A stretch of DNA of 62,660 bases from Octopus bimaculoides (lineage: Eukaryota), in contig NC_068982.1 in the NCBI RefSeq assembly GCF_001194135.2, positions 60,751,993-60,814,652 of the forward strand. Direction: 5' to 3'. Numbering within the stretch: the first letter of the stretch is position 1; each line of letters opens with the position of its first letter. The position numbers and the translations under genes are program-made. This document shows positions 13,776 to 26,090 of this stretch, piece after piece. The notes beneath the pieces were generated by a model. It was not told the origin of the DNA. It searched no databases and was given only the letters and a program-made list of their open reading frames with translations.

Positions 13776-14899
13776 ATTCAGCTACACTGAAAATTATGGC
13801 ACAGATTTATCAACATATTATTACCACATAACCAAGTTGTTAACACATTAAAAAACCTTTGTTTGAATAAATTTCAGACAGTAAACTTTTCTCTTAGACA
13901 TTCTTTGAAATTATTTGCATGAAATATTCAAATTTCTAAATGTCTCCAACATTCAGTTGATACATATCTGTGCTGTTGCATAGCACTTCAAAGGGTTTCA
14001 CTCACATTTGATTCATGCAAAAATTAATTAACAATAATCCTTTGAAACATCAAAATTAACTAATGTTAGACATTTTTCAAGAATATCACTTTAAATTTCA
14101 ACAATCTAACTCAAATGAGAAGAAATATTATTTCTTACAACTAGCCTTTTTATCTTAACCTCTAAACTGTTTCATATAAATATTTTTAAAAAAATATAGT
14201 TATATTTATCATCTGACATTTTGTTCTTTAAACTAATGCCAGGATTTCCAAAGAACCTGCTCTTACAATAATATTTCTTCAAATTTTTGCCCAAGCCATT
14301 ACATCTACAAACATGATTTATTACTATTTACTATCTTCCATCACTTTGCAAAATTTTATGTCTTCATGAAGCAAAAGAATAAATTAAAACACACTACATA
14401 TATTATATGCATTTTGGATGTGTTGGAAGTTCTTCAAATGAGATGTCTTCAATGGATTTTTGGTGCATTACAGACATATTACCCATTTAATGATAGATAT
14501 TCTACAAACATTATTTTTACTAGCCAACTGTTTCCAAATTACTTCAGAAAAACAAGTTACATCTTGCATTATCTTACAAATTGAATGTATGATTCCAGAG
14601 CCAATCCTTTACCTATTTCTTGCTGTAAGAATGGAAAGTTCACATAGACTTGCATGGAACTGACTCAAAAATATCAGCAGAAAGTAAAGATAACAATTGA
14701 AAATATTGAACACTGGCAAAAAAAAAAACTCTGCAGATATGATAAGAAGTTGTCTGTGAGTGATAGATACTTACATAGGAAAGTAAATTTGGGGAAGACT
14801 CTAAGATTCCAGTCCTAACGGATTCATATTCATCATCACATATTTTGATATAATTTTATATAAATGGAAATCTGCTAAAACCTTAAAATATTTTGCTTC

Positions 14900-15165
14900 C
14901 CTTGGGGCTTGTAGTCTTACAAGCTGCATGGTAGCCTCACTAGTGCTGGTGGTATTTAAACACACACCCAGTACACACTGTAAAGTAATTAGCTTTAGGG
15001 CAGGCATCCAGCCACAGAAATCATGCCAAAGCAGATACTTGAACATGATGCAATCTTTGGACCCATCAGATCCTGTCAAACTGTCCAATCCATGCCAGCA
15101 TAGAACATGGAGATTAATGGATGATGATAAAGAGGATGTTCAAAATGCTGACATGATGATAATAA
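14900..15165 (+). mobile_element. Family C element, degraded
   Basis: gcaggcatccagccacagaaatcatgcc...gtccaatccatgccagcat followed by a (GAT)-like tail. Confidence 0.7.
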
Positions 15166-15467
15166 TAGCCCCTTTTGGCTCCTTTTGGCTCCTTTTGTTT
15201 TTGTTTTGTCTCCTTTAATTAGAAACAATGTGTAGACAAATGAATTTATTTAAGAATATTAAAAGAATGTGCTTGATTGAATTTCTAAGTTTTGGACAAA
15301 ATACCTAGCTTTCATTGTTGAGGATGGATAAAGTAAATACCAGAGAATTTCAGTGATTGTACCCTGATGTCAAAATATTTTGCTTTGTGCTCATGTCAGA
15401 AATCTATTATCAATCCCAGAAAAATGAAAAGGGAAATTTTAACTAAGGATTCTGTGTCACTATTGTT

Positions 15468-15655
15468 GTTGTTTAAGTCAACCCTGATCAATCAGAGGTA
15501 TGATCAAAGATATTCCAGCATAATCAGCCTTTCTTTTTAGAGATAACTAAGACTACCATATCCAATATATTCTTTTCTTGTTTAAGACAAAAGGTGTTAT
15601 ATTTTGAGAAAGATCTGACTTATTTCTAATCTTATTTCTAGCAGATTTAACAATC
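15468..15655 (-). mobile_element. Family E interspersed repeat (SINE-like, (AAC)n tail)
   Basis: ttgttgttgtttaagtcaaccctgatcaatcagaggtatgatcaaag is the reverse of the tail at 25240-25280 and 25760-25790. Confidence 0.55.
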
Positions 15656-15681
15656 AAGTGGAGGCTCCCTCATTAACTTAT

Positions 15682-16091
15682 ACTCTCTTTTACTCTTTTA
15701 CTTGTTTCAGTCATTTGACTGCGGTCATGCTGGAGCACCGCCTTTAGTCGAGCAAATCGACCCCAGGACTTATTCTTTGTAAGCCTAGTACTTATTCTAT
15801 CAGTCTCTTTTTGCCGAACCGCTAACGCTAAGTTACGGAGACGTAAACACACCAACATCGGTTGTCAAGCGATGGTGGGGGGGGACAAACACAGACACAC
15901 ATACATATATATATATATATACATATATACGATGGGCTTCTTTCAGTTTCCATCTACCAAATCCACTCACAAGGCTTTGGTCAGCCCGAGGCTATAGTAG
16001 AAGACACTTGCCCAAGGTGCCACACAGTGGGACTGAACCCCGGACCATGTGGTTGGTAAGCAAGCTACTTACCACACAACCACTTCTACGC
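15682..16091 (-). mobile_element. SINE family A, young full-length copy
   Basis: Clean reverse complement of the family A consensus. Confidence 0.95.
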
Positions 16092-17224
16092 TTAGTTACT
16101 GTATTAAATAAAGTATCAGATCTAATTATTCACAGTTTCAACTATCTCCACTACTCTAATCACTAACTTATATCAATGCTAACAATAGTTTACCTATCAG
16201 TCAAAACACATTAATTAGTATAATCACTATAGTTAACATTTTAATTATTGATTTTAGTTTGTCATTTATCTTCATTATTAGTTTACTGCACTAACAATAT
16301 CCCTTAATAGTTCTTAAATTGAAATCTAAAACTGATTCAAGTAGAACAACATTAACAAACACTAAAAACTTTTTTGGGGAAAACTCAATATTTTTACTGT
16401 GCTACAACTGGCAGTTTGCCTTTTCTTAAAATCCCTCTTCAAACTTTTATTTCTTTACATTTTGATAGCTTGCCAGTCAAAGAACAACATGTCAGGGGAG
16501 TATTCTTACAGCTTGGCATACAACCAATATACTGGAGGTTGTACACCTGGGACAGGTGACTAACTAAGTGTCTTTACTTTAGTTAAATTATATAATACTT
16601 GAGGAAACAAACAAAGAGACTGATGTGAAATTCCCTAACATAGTAAAATTATTTCATATAAGTTATTCTTTTATTTAAAAAAAATATATAACTTCATTAC
16701 TAATTCTTCAAACTTAATTTTCTAACTCATCATTTATAAAACATTAAATATGATAATAAGTAGGCAAATGTGCATGTATGAATGAATACTTTGTGTGTAT
16801 ACACATGCATATTTGCAGATTTTACCTCGTCTAATCGAACAATGCCAGACAGTTTTGTTACTTCTTACTTCAGCTTTCTTTCTGTGGGTATTGATTAAAT
16901 AATGATCAGGTGTTTGAGGAGCAAAAACAGAAAAATCAGTAGCTTTTTCTTTTTTTTTTCTTTTTTTTATATGAAAATATCTGAAAGTAAAATATTAATA
17001 AGCTGTGACCTGTTACCAAACTTTGGTGAAAATTACCACTGATCTCAGTTTTGTTTCGTTTTTTTTTTTTTTTGCTAAGAAAACAGAAAATTTGATTCCT
17101 ACTTTTGATTTGGATTTAAAAAGATAAGGATTCAACAGATTAAAACTACACACAGCTTAGGAGAAACCTAATGCATGAAAATTCTCTTTAAATTACACCT
17201 TTATATCTTTAAAACAGACAGGGC

Positions 17225-17530
17225 ACTGATAATATAGTACCAGATATGCTAGACCAGAAAAAAGATGGGATGGTCATGGCTGGAATGCCTTTCATCATAA
17301 GTTTGTTCAGTCAAGGCTGACCATGAACTGAACAACAACTGAAATAATAACAACAGTAACAGCAGTACAAGGATTTTGCTAATGAGGGGATCTTCCTGTT
17401 AGAAATAGTAACCAGTCTCCCTCACATCATTTTAAAAGAACACATTAGATAATATCTAGATATACAATGTCTGAAAAGAGAAGATGGAATTGCTATGGCT
17501 AGAATGTCCATAGATTAGCAACAACAAGAA
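17225..17530 (+). mobile_element. Family E fragments (two)
   Basis: ggtcatggctggaatgcctttcatc...ggctgaccatgaactgaacaacaac and ttagaaatagtaaccagtctccctcacatc. Confidence 0.5.
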
Positions 17531-17668
17531 TGTCACCATAAGCTAACAAAGAAACTTCTACATCTGGTATTGGCAACCATTTTTAAGAAGTGGGCTGCAT
17601 GAGAAATGGTTCAACATCAGGCAAGTCACACTACAAAAAAATTCAAAGTAATATTTTGTTAGGCATAA

Positions 17669-17858
17669 GGCGGTGAGCTGGCAGAATTGTTAGCATACCA
17701 GGCAGATTACCTAGTGACATTTCATCTGCCTTTACATTCTGAGTTCAAATTGCCTTTCATCCTTTTAGGGTCGATAGAATAAGTACCAGCTGAGTACTGG
17801 GGTCGATGTAACCCATCCTCCATAACTGCTGGCCTTATGTCAAAATTTGAAATCAATA
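17669..17858 (+). mobile_element. SINE family B
   Basis: Intact head ggcggtgagctggcagaattgttagc; core cctttcatccttttagggtcgatagaataagtacc. Confidence 0.9.
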
Positions 17859-18023
17859 TTTTGTGAGGCACGCCATTCAGAAAGTTCTATGGGTCACAGT
17901 TTGCCTTTGACACTTCTATATAGTTGTTCAACATACTAGAAATATCAATCAAATTCTCCTCAGATCACTCACCTGGAATGTCTTCAACCATAAGCCATAA
18001 GCCAGCTTGATAAGTACTAAACA

Positions 18024-18242
18024 ATCCTTTCTACTATAGGTACAAGGCCTGAAAATTTGGGGGGGTGGGGGAACTAGTCAATTACATCGACCCCCAGTGT
18101 TTCACTGATATTTAAATTATCGACCTTGAAAGGATGAAAGGCAAAGTTGACCTTGGTGGAATTTGAACTCTGAATGTAAAGATGGATAAAATGCCACTAA
18201 GCACTTCACCCAGTGTGCTAAAGAATCTGCCAGCTCACTGCC
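18024..18242 (-). mobile_element. SINE family B
   Basis: Full reverse copy ending ctgccagctcactgcc. Confidence 0.9.
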
Positions 18243-18263
18243 TTTTTAAAATAAATACCCATA

Positions 18264-18674
18264 GGCGTAGGAGTGGCTGTGTGGTGAGTGGCTTGCTTGC
18301 GAACCACATGGTTCCAGGTTCAGTCCCGCTGCGTGATACCTTGGGCAAGTGTCTTCTACTATAGCCTTGGGCCGACCAAAGCCTTGTGAGTGGATATGGT
18401 AGACGGAAACTGAAAGAAGCCCGTCGTATATATGTATATATATATATGTATGTATGTGTGTGTGTATATGTTTGTGTGTCTGTGTTTGTTCCTCCAACAT
18501 CGCTTGACAACCGATGCTGGTGTGTTTACATCCCCGTAACTTAGCGGTTCGGCAAAAGAGACCAATAGAATAAGTACTAGGCTTACAAAGAATAAGTCCT
18601 GGGGTCGATTTACTCGACTAAAGGCTGTGCTCCAGCATGGCCACAGTCAAATGACTGAAACAAGTAAAAGAGTA
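18264..18674 (+). mobile_element. SINE family A, young full-length copy
   Basis: ggcgtaggagtggctgtgtgg head through aaacaagtaaaagag tail; head-to-head with SINE-B about 21 bp away. Confidence 0.95.
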
Positions 18675-19099
18675 ATTCTGTCCAACTATCTAACAGTACT
18701 GCCAACTGGCCGTGTATAAGGACTAAATAATAACAACATAATGTCCATAATAAAGGTTCAACTGATATCTATGCAGAGAGTAGTCCAGCATATTGACAGC
18801 AGAGACAATTAACTATTAGTATTGATTACCATTGATAAGTTCATCTACTTTATCTAATAACAGTAATAAAAGAAATAAGAAGCTATACAATATTGCATAA
18901 AATGTAATAATTGCAATTTCATTAAAGAAATGATAGCCTGTTGATTAAGTGAAGATGAATTATCTACCAATTTTTTAATCAGTTTTCTCACTATCATTTA
19001 CATCTCTAGTAAATGTCTGTTAATGATGAGTACGCATATAAAGAATAATACATATTGAAATTAATAAACGTATATTAAGAAATTCATTTATAAACCACA

Positions 19100-19345
19100 T
19101 GTTTAACATACAGGTCATGCAGCGGTACCTTGGATAAATGTCTTCTGTTGTACTTCCAGACAAACCAATACCTTGTGAGTGAAAACAGTAGACAGAAACT
19201 GTTAGAAGCCTATTGTGTATGTATATATGTAAATAAATATAGGGATAGCATAGCAAAAATACTTACCTAAAGTGTCATCCACTGTCACCTTGGATAAATG
19301 TCTTCTGCTATAGCCCCAGGCCAACCAATGCCTTATAAGCAAGCA
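19100..19345 (+). mobile_element. Two degraded SINE-A head fragments
   Basis: ccttggataaatgtcttctg occurs twice (about 19127 and 19288). Confidence 0.6.
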
Positions 19346-19366
19346 TGGTTGACAGATTCTTCTAGT

Positions 19367-19746
19367 CTTTTATTCTTTTATTTGTTTCAGTCATTTGATT
19401 GTGGCCATGCTGGAGCACTGCATTAAAGGGTTTTTGTTGGACAAATCAGTGCCAAGACTTATTCTTTGTAAGTCTAGTACTTATTCTATCGGTTACTTTT
19501 GCCAAATCACTAAATTACAGGGACATAAACACACCAGCATCAGTTGTCAAGCGATGGGGTCAGGGACAAACACACACACACACACACACATATATACAAC
19601 TGGCTTCTTTCAGTTTCCCTCTACCAAATCTGCTCACAAAGCTTTGGTCAGCCAGAGGCTATAGTAAAAGACATTTGCCCAAGTAGCATGTAGTAGAACT
19701 TGACCTAGAACTATGTGGCTTCTTATCACACAGCCACGCCTGCACC
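19367..19746 (-). mobile_element. SINE family A
   Basis: Tail tttgtttcagtcatttgattgtggccatgctgg through head cacacagccacgcctgcacc. Confidence 0.9.
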
Positions 19747-20224
19747 TATATGTATATATTGTATACATATAAGTTTGTATGTGGGTAATGTGGGTGCGGT
19801 TGTATGTGCAAAGATGTATGAATGTTGATATTTCATGGCATATCACCACTTGTGCAAAACAGTGACTATATTTACATTCCTTGTTGACATTATGTTTGGC
19901 TGGTGGGCTTTCAAAGACCTGTGAATATTTCATTATGTACATTTTAGTATCAATGAATTATACAGAGTTTCAGTCTACCAAATTCTGCTTACTATGTATT
20001 GGTTAACTAGATGATATTGGAAGAAGACCGTGCGATTGAAAACAAAGTCAATGTTTATGAAGCAGTCACACCTGTACCGGACTAGTTCTAAATGAGCAGA
20101 CAGACCTATGGTTCAAGGTACTCCACCTGAGAATATCCTAACTTATTTGTATGTATAGAATATCTCACACTACACCACCAAATGTGGATTTTCTCTTTTT
20201 TTAAATAGTAAAGTTTTTAATTGT

Positions 20225-20345
20225 GGAGGTGCATGGCTTAGTGGTTAATGTGTTGGACTCTTAATCGTAAGAATGTGGTGTTGATTCCTGGACTCAGCAA
20301 TCCAATGTGTTCATGAGCAAAGCACATTTCACATTGCTCCTAGCA
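20225..20345 (+). mobile_element. SINE family F head (tRNA-derived)
   Basis: ggaggtgcatggcttagtggtt contains the A-box TGGCTTAGTGG; decayed B-box gttgattcc; no tRNA 3' acceptor stem. Confidence 0.65.
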
Positions 20346-20659
20346 AACCAGCCTTATGAGTCTATATGACTCGAGAAGGTGCTTTATTCATTTCTTTAAA
20401 GTTTTTAATTAAGATGGTAGAATATTTCTAATAAGCAGAGTAACCACATATAGGCTCCATCGTTGGTTAATTTTGTATTAAGAAAATTTCCTTACCAAGA
20501 ACTGCAGCATGCTACGATTCCTGAATGCCAGGAGAGAGTAATGTGGTTGCCATATACAAGTGAACTCCAGACTTGAAATATTTTAATTACAGCTTAAAAC
20601 TTGCATTTGAATCATGACCCACCCAATTTTTAATGTTAGTAACATAATTAGCAGCAATA

Positions 20660-20842
20660 GGCAGAAGTGCATAAAAAGTTTGCTTTGCAACCATATAGTT
20701 TTTAAGTTCAGATCCACTACAGGGCACCTTGAGCAAGTATCTTCCTCTTACATCCCAAGGCTGACCAAAGTCTTGTGAGTGGATTTAGTTGAGAGAAACT
20801 TAAAGAAGATTGTCTTACATGTATATGTGCAAGAATGTGTGT

Positions 20843-20884
<42 letters not shown>

Positions 20885-21170
20885 ACGTGCGCATGCACAT
20901 GAATGTTTGCTTCCTTTCCTTGATTGCTTAATAGTTTAAAATAAGTGTGGCTGTCATACAAACATGGTCGTTCATTTCCAGTATTCTAGGAAGCCATGCA
21001 AGACCATGTTAAAATAACACCTTGCTTGGAAACAGGTGAGGGTTGGCAACAGGAAGGATATCTGGCCATAGAAAATCTGCCTCAACAAACTCTATCCAAC
21101 CCATGCTAGCATGGAAAAGTAGAAATGAAAACGATGATGATGATGATGATGATGTTGATGATAGTGATGA
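20660..21170 (+). mobile_element. Composite SINE: family A head, (GT)n, then C-type module and (GAT)n tail
   Basis: ggcaccttgagcaagtatcttc (A head)...gggttggcaacaggaaggatatctggccatagaaaatctgcc...ccatgctagcatggaaaag(GAT)n. Confidence 0.75.
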
Positions 21171-21764
21171 TAAGTTGATTCATTTCATGATATCACATCA
21201 ATATAAAAGCAAGGATTTTTGCCAATAAGACAAAAATTATTCCTTACCTACCTTAACAGGTAAAAAGAGGAAAAGAAAAAAGAAAAAGATAAAAATTAGC
21301 AATTTTCATTAATTAACCACTAAAACTGTTAGTGTAAGTAATATTACAAACAGAAAAAAGTCAACGGGCTTGTTGATAGGACTTGAACCGTACATCTGTT
21401 GTATTGGAACTTTGTTCTTTGCAGTTTCAAATTGTGCTCTTATTGCCTTATATAATTTATATTAAAAAGACATAATAGTTAATTCATTATTTGATTTATG
21501 AGTTATTTCTAATTGCAAACATTGAACAAAGATGGAACATTTTGCAACGTTGGATGTTAGTAGAATAGCTTCTACTGCTAAAGCCAAACACCAGAAAAAT
21601 GGCCATATGGAAATAAAATAGCACAGTTAAAATAGCAATGAAAAGTTTTTTAAATTAAAATAAAAAAGAAAAGAAAGAAGCAAAGGGAGAAGGTGGAATA
21701 TATGTTAATTTGAGAAGTTGCACAATCAATAATATAGTGACCAATGAAAGAGTATGAATATATA

Positions 21765-21930
21765 NNNNNNNNNNNNNNNNNNNNNNNNNNNNNNNNNNNN
21801 NNNNNNNNNNNNNNNNNNNNNNNNNNNNNNNNNNNNNNNNNNNNNNNNNNNNNNNNNNNNNNNNNNNNNNNNNNNNNNNNNNNNNNNNNNNNNNNNNNNN
21901 NNNNNNNNNNNNNNNNNNNNNNNNNNNNNN
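21765..21930. other. Assembly gap (166 N)
   Basis: N run flanked by TA repeats. Confidence 1.
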
Positions 21931-24329
21931 TATACCTTAGAGTGTGCTTCTCTTTAGGATTTAGGATTTACTGATGATATATATGTGTGTGTGTGTGTGT
22001 TGAATGTCATAAAAAATGCTAGTTTATTAATTTATTAATTCACAGAAATGTTAATAATTGATTAAGTTGGAGTAGAACTGATAAATAATGGTATGCTTAA
22101 GTTGAAAATACTGGCCAAAATATCTTGAACGTGATCCTCCTGAATTTCAAGAACATTCTCAACCCTACTAGGACAAACTTTAATTTTTATAAGAAAATCT
22201 AATGTCAAATTGTTTGGGTGCTGGATGGAAAAAAACCCCATTAAATTTCATGTTGATATCTAATATCTGATTGTCTGGGTACAAACTGAGGAGACGCTAT
22301 ATTTTTTTTCCTTTACAGGTAAAAACTCAAGAGTTGTTTATTTTTGAACAGAATAAACTTCAATTATAAATCCTAACTTCATCATAGAGTCAACGAATCT
22401 ATTTCAGACACTGAATCAAAATCTTTTAGGCAGATTTGCATAACCATAAATTAATTGATAGCCATTATATTATCCAGTATTGTTAATATGAACTTCTAAA
22501 ATTTATGGGCAATCTTATTTATTATCACCTGTTATTTTGCTTTGATCTTGTAAAATATCAATGGGATGAAAGCAAATATGTTCTTCATGTAGGTTAAGGT
22601 TGTTAACTGGTTGCAAGTTTCAGCAATGAAAGTCTCATAAATGTTAATCACATGCATATCATTACTATAATAGGAGTTAGCTTTGCTAGAAAGTCCCCAA
22701 TCCAATACGTTATTAATCTTCTTCTATATCAATGATTCAAACTAGAAATCAATCTAACAAAAAAAAAAAAAAAAATCCAATTATATTAGTATATAGAATC
22801 TATTTCTGACACTTATTTATCAACAAATATAGGTATACTATTCATCCATAATGATCAATAAATACACAATTGTAATTATAAACTATGCAATAGGCTATAA
22901 TGTAGGCTATAGATGGGGTAGCTTATGCTTAGAAAATATTCATATATTGGAATTTAAAAGTTAATAAAGTAATCGATCAATGTAAAAAAAAACAAAAACA
23001 AATCCCTCAAATTTAAAAACAGAAGAGTTTTCTCAGAAAATATATTATATGTGCAAGTAGTATATTCTAGCAATATGTGATACATGTTAATATATGTTAA
23101 TTTATATTCAGCTTGAGATATATGTTACTGCTTGACAACACAACTAGATCAATCTAAGCATTCAATCTTTAAGGATCAGTTTTAGCCCTGTTTGACATTT
23201 ATGTCTCTCAATGATGATAAGGTATTTAGTTGATCTTAGAAGTGGTATAACAAGGTTTTCAGTGTTTGTGTCACAGTAATAACATTCATGAATTTCTGCA
23301 ATTAATTGGTGGAAGATCAATTATAGGTTGGTAATACATTTGAATGTTGTTGTTGTTCATCCACTCCCAAAATATATTGGAACTGAACCAATCAACTCAG
23401 CATTAAAACCTAGTTAATAACATGTTCAGTCTATCAGTCTACCAATTAACTATTTAGGTTTTTGTATTAATGCCAACTATTTTATGCTCAAAGTGCATCA
23501 AACAAGAGTAATTGGATTGAAGATAAGTGCCAGGTAATTTTAGTTTTGGATAATGAGTGTAGCAGTCCCATGAGATCATTTAAAAAATTCAGTTTAAGAG
23601 AATTTAAACTGAGAAGGTAATTTATTGGAAATAGCTTCCCAGTGGATTTTTTTTATTTCTTGCATAAATGACATGCTTATTATGCAAAATGTAATATATT
23701 AAAAAGATGAATTCTTTAAAACAGAAGCATTTTGGTAAAATATTAGCAGCATGACCAACCAAGCGAACCACACTTTTACCTGAGAGAGAAATGACATAAC
23801 AGCATCTAATCCAATCAATAGATTTAGATTTCAGGTTTTTAATTTGATAGTTAAATCTACTGGACACCACTAGCTTCTAGGAATTCATTAAAAAAACAGC
23901 AAGTTAATTCCCTTTCATAAAAGAGTATTGAAAAGCAAAAAAGATTCTGTTAGATCAGTCAGGAATATCACAATTTTGTAATTTCATAGCCATCTGTAAA
24001 ACACCAGGAATCAGTTGATATGAAATCAAATGCAAAGCAATAGCATAACATTGTGAAATATTTGAAAATTAACTAGAATATCGAAATGTTAACAAAATTC
24101 TCTGTCTTAAATTTGTCAGAATCATAAAAAAAAAAAATGCTTTAAACATTATGAGCAACAATTGAAAAAAACCCCAATTCAAACATCACAAACAACATAC
24201 CTGTTACTTGCCAGGTAAGTATGTTATGAGAGCACCAACTATTTCTTCTTCTAAAATTAGGTGCTATAAATTATTTATACCACTTTAACTGTATTATTTT
24301 GTATCTAAAAAGTAATTTCACTCAGCTGC

Positions 24330-24540
24330 AGAAATGAGTTGCAGTGTCACTGGTACCAAGCTGTATTGGCCTTTGCCTTTCCCTTGGATAACATCGGCAG
24401 GATGGAAGAGGGGAGGATGGTATGCATGGGTGACTGTTGGTCTTCCATAAACAAACTTGCCTGGACTTGTGCTGCAGAGGGTAACTTTCTAGGTGCAATC
24501 CCATGGTCATTCATGACCAAAGGGGGTCTTTATCCTTTAC
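24330..24540 (+). mobile_element. Family D interspersed repeat
   Basis: ggtatgcatgggtgactgttggtcttcc...gagggtaactttctaggtgcaatcccatggtca is repeated at 56111-56240. Confidence 0.8.
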
Positions 24541-25104
24541 AAAGTAATTCATCAGTCACTTAGCACCTGCAGCATAGGTTACTCTGCTCAGCGCTTATAT
24601 CTAATATCACTTACATTTAAGCTTTATACTAGAATGTGATTTAAACTGTAAATTTTAAAATATATTTCAATTAACAATATGATAAAACAAAAGCCTATAT
24701 TGACATTGACTAATTCAGCAAAATTACAGTACTTTGTTGTCATTAGCTAAAGATGGTTTGAGAATAATATTTCGCTAACACTAGATTACATAAAAGAATT
24801 GTCATGTCTACAACTGAAAGCTAAATATATCAACATCAGAAGAGATGCCATTTGCAAAAAATTAAGTTTCATTTAAAAAAAAGAGATTAAAAGTTTGTTG
24901 AAAAATAAATACAGGCAAAGGCTGAAAATTATGTAACAAATACTTTGTATTATCACCAGCCAGAGCTCACTGAGCAAGGAAGATAAATAAGTAACTGTAA
25001 ATAACAATAACAGAGCCATTACTGTTCATAAAAGAAATAATAAGGGCAAAGCTGGAGCATAAGCCAAATGGAAATTTATACATTAGAAATAGTAAATTCA
25101 ATGA

Positions 25105-25800
25105 AAGAAATAGCAACTTGCTAGAAAGAGGAATTAGATCTTATTCAAATACACTCTACTGTCTTAAAGAAGAATATGTTGGATAATGCAGTCTTAGATT
25201 TGCGGTGCCTAGCAAAAATACTGGAATGTCTTTGAATGTAGGTCTACTTCATCAAGGCCGACCTGGGGTTAAACAACAACTTTTTATTGTCAAATTAAAG
25301 AAATTAAAACTGCATCATTGTTCAACTTGCTAGAAATAACCGCAAAATCTAACCTCAATCATGCTTTACCAACCTAAAAAACCAAGGGCATATTGAATAA
25401 TGTAATCCAAGATGGTCTATGTAAGAAGTACTGAATTTAGTTGGTTGAAAACATGTCTGCAATTATTAAAACAATATAAGAAAATCTTCTTGCCCATGAT
25501 GAGTCTGTGAAGGGTATTTCTGCATTTACTGGTCAGTTTTCATCCAATCCTCAATATATGCACTTAGTAAAACTACCAAAACTTTCCTACTCCACTCTAA
25601 GGTAAGCCTGCAAGAAGTAGCAGTCAAGTTTCTTTCAAATCATTCCCAACCATCTTAAGAAAAATGACATTTTGGTTAATGTAGTTGGATAGAGGCACAC
25701 TGTTACTGAATGAAGCATGGTATAGTCATAACATGAATAGGTTTAATCATTGGTCTGCTCAATCAAAGCTGACCTGGAGCTAAACAACAACAGCAATAAA
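25105..25800 (+). mobile_element. Cluster of about 3 tandem degraded family E elements
   Basis: Repeated aacttgctagaaa heads (about 25116 and 25325) and gacctgg..taaacaacaac tails (about 25260 and 25770). Confidence 0.55.
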
Positions 25801-25929
25801 ATGCCAAAAGTGAAAACACTTCTGGTCACTTCAGACCAGTAAAGCCATTTTTCTCCTACCTTCAAACAGCAAATCCCAGAGGTAGCTCTATGTCTCTCTG
25901 CACAACAAGAGAAAACATTACTTTAGTTG

Positions 25930-26090
25930 GAAACAGATGCAGACTGGCAACATAAAGAACATCTAGCTGTAGAATAATCTGCCACAACAAAAAGGCTTCA
26001 TCTGCTCCATATGATCATGGAAAAGTGGATGCCAAAATGATGATTATGAAGAGTAGGAGGAGACTGACAACAACAATAACAATGATGATG
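25930..26090 (+). mobile_element. Family C-type tail, diverged
   Basis: agctgtagaataatctgccacaac...catggaaaagtggatgccaaaatgatgatt. Confidence 0.65.

Noticed and set aside
16469-16500. PVKEQHVR resemblance to the HIP1/Sla2 ANTH motif (PVKEKHxR)
   Set aside because: The flanking residues and splice positions do not fit; treated as chance.
20225-20345. Possible tRNA gene
   Set aside because: It has A/B-box-like motifs but no cloverleaf or acceptor stem; it is a SINE head. The same applies to the family A and B heads.
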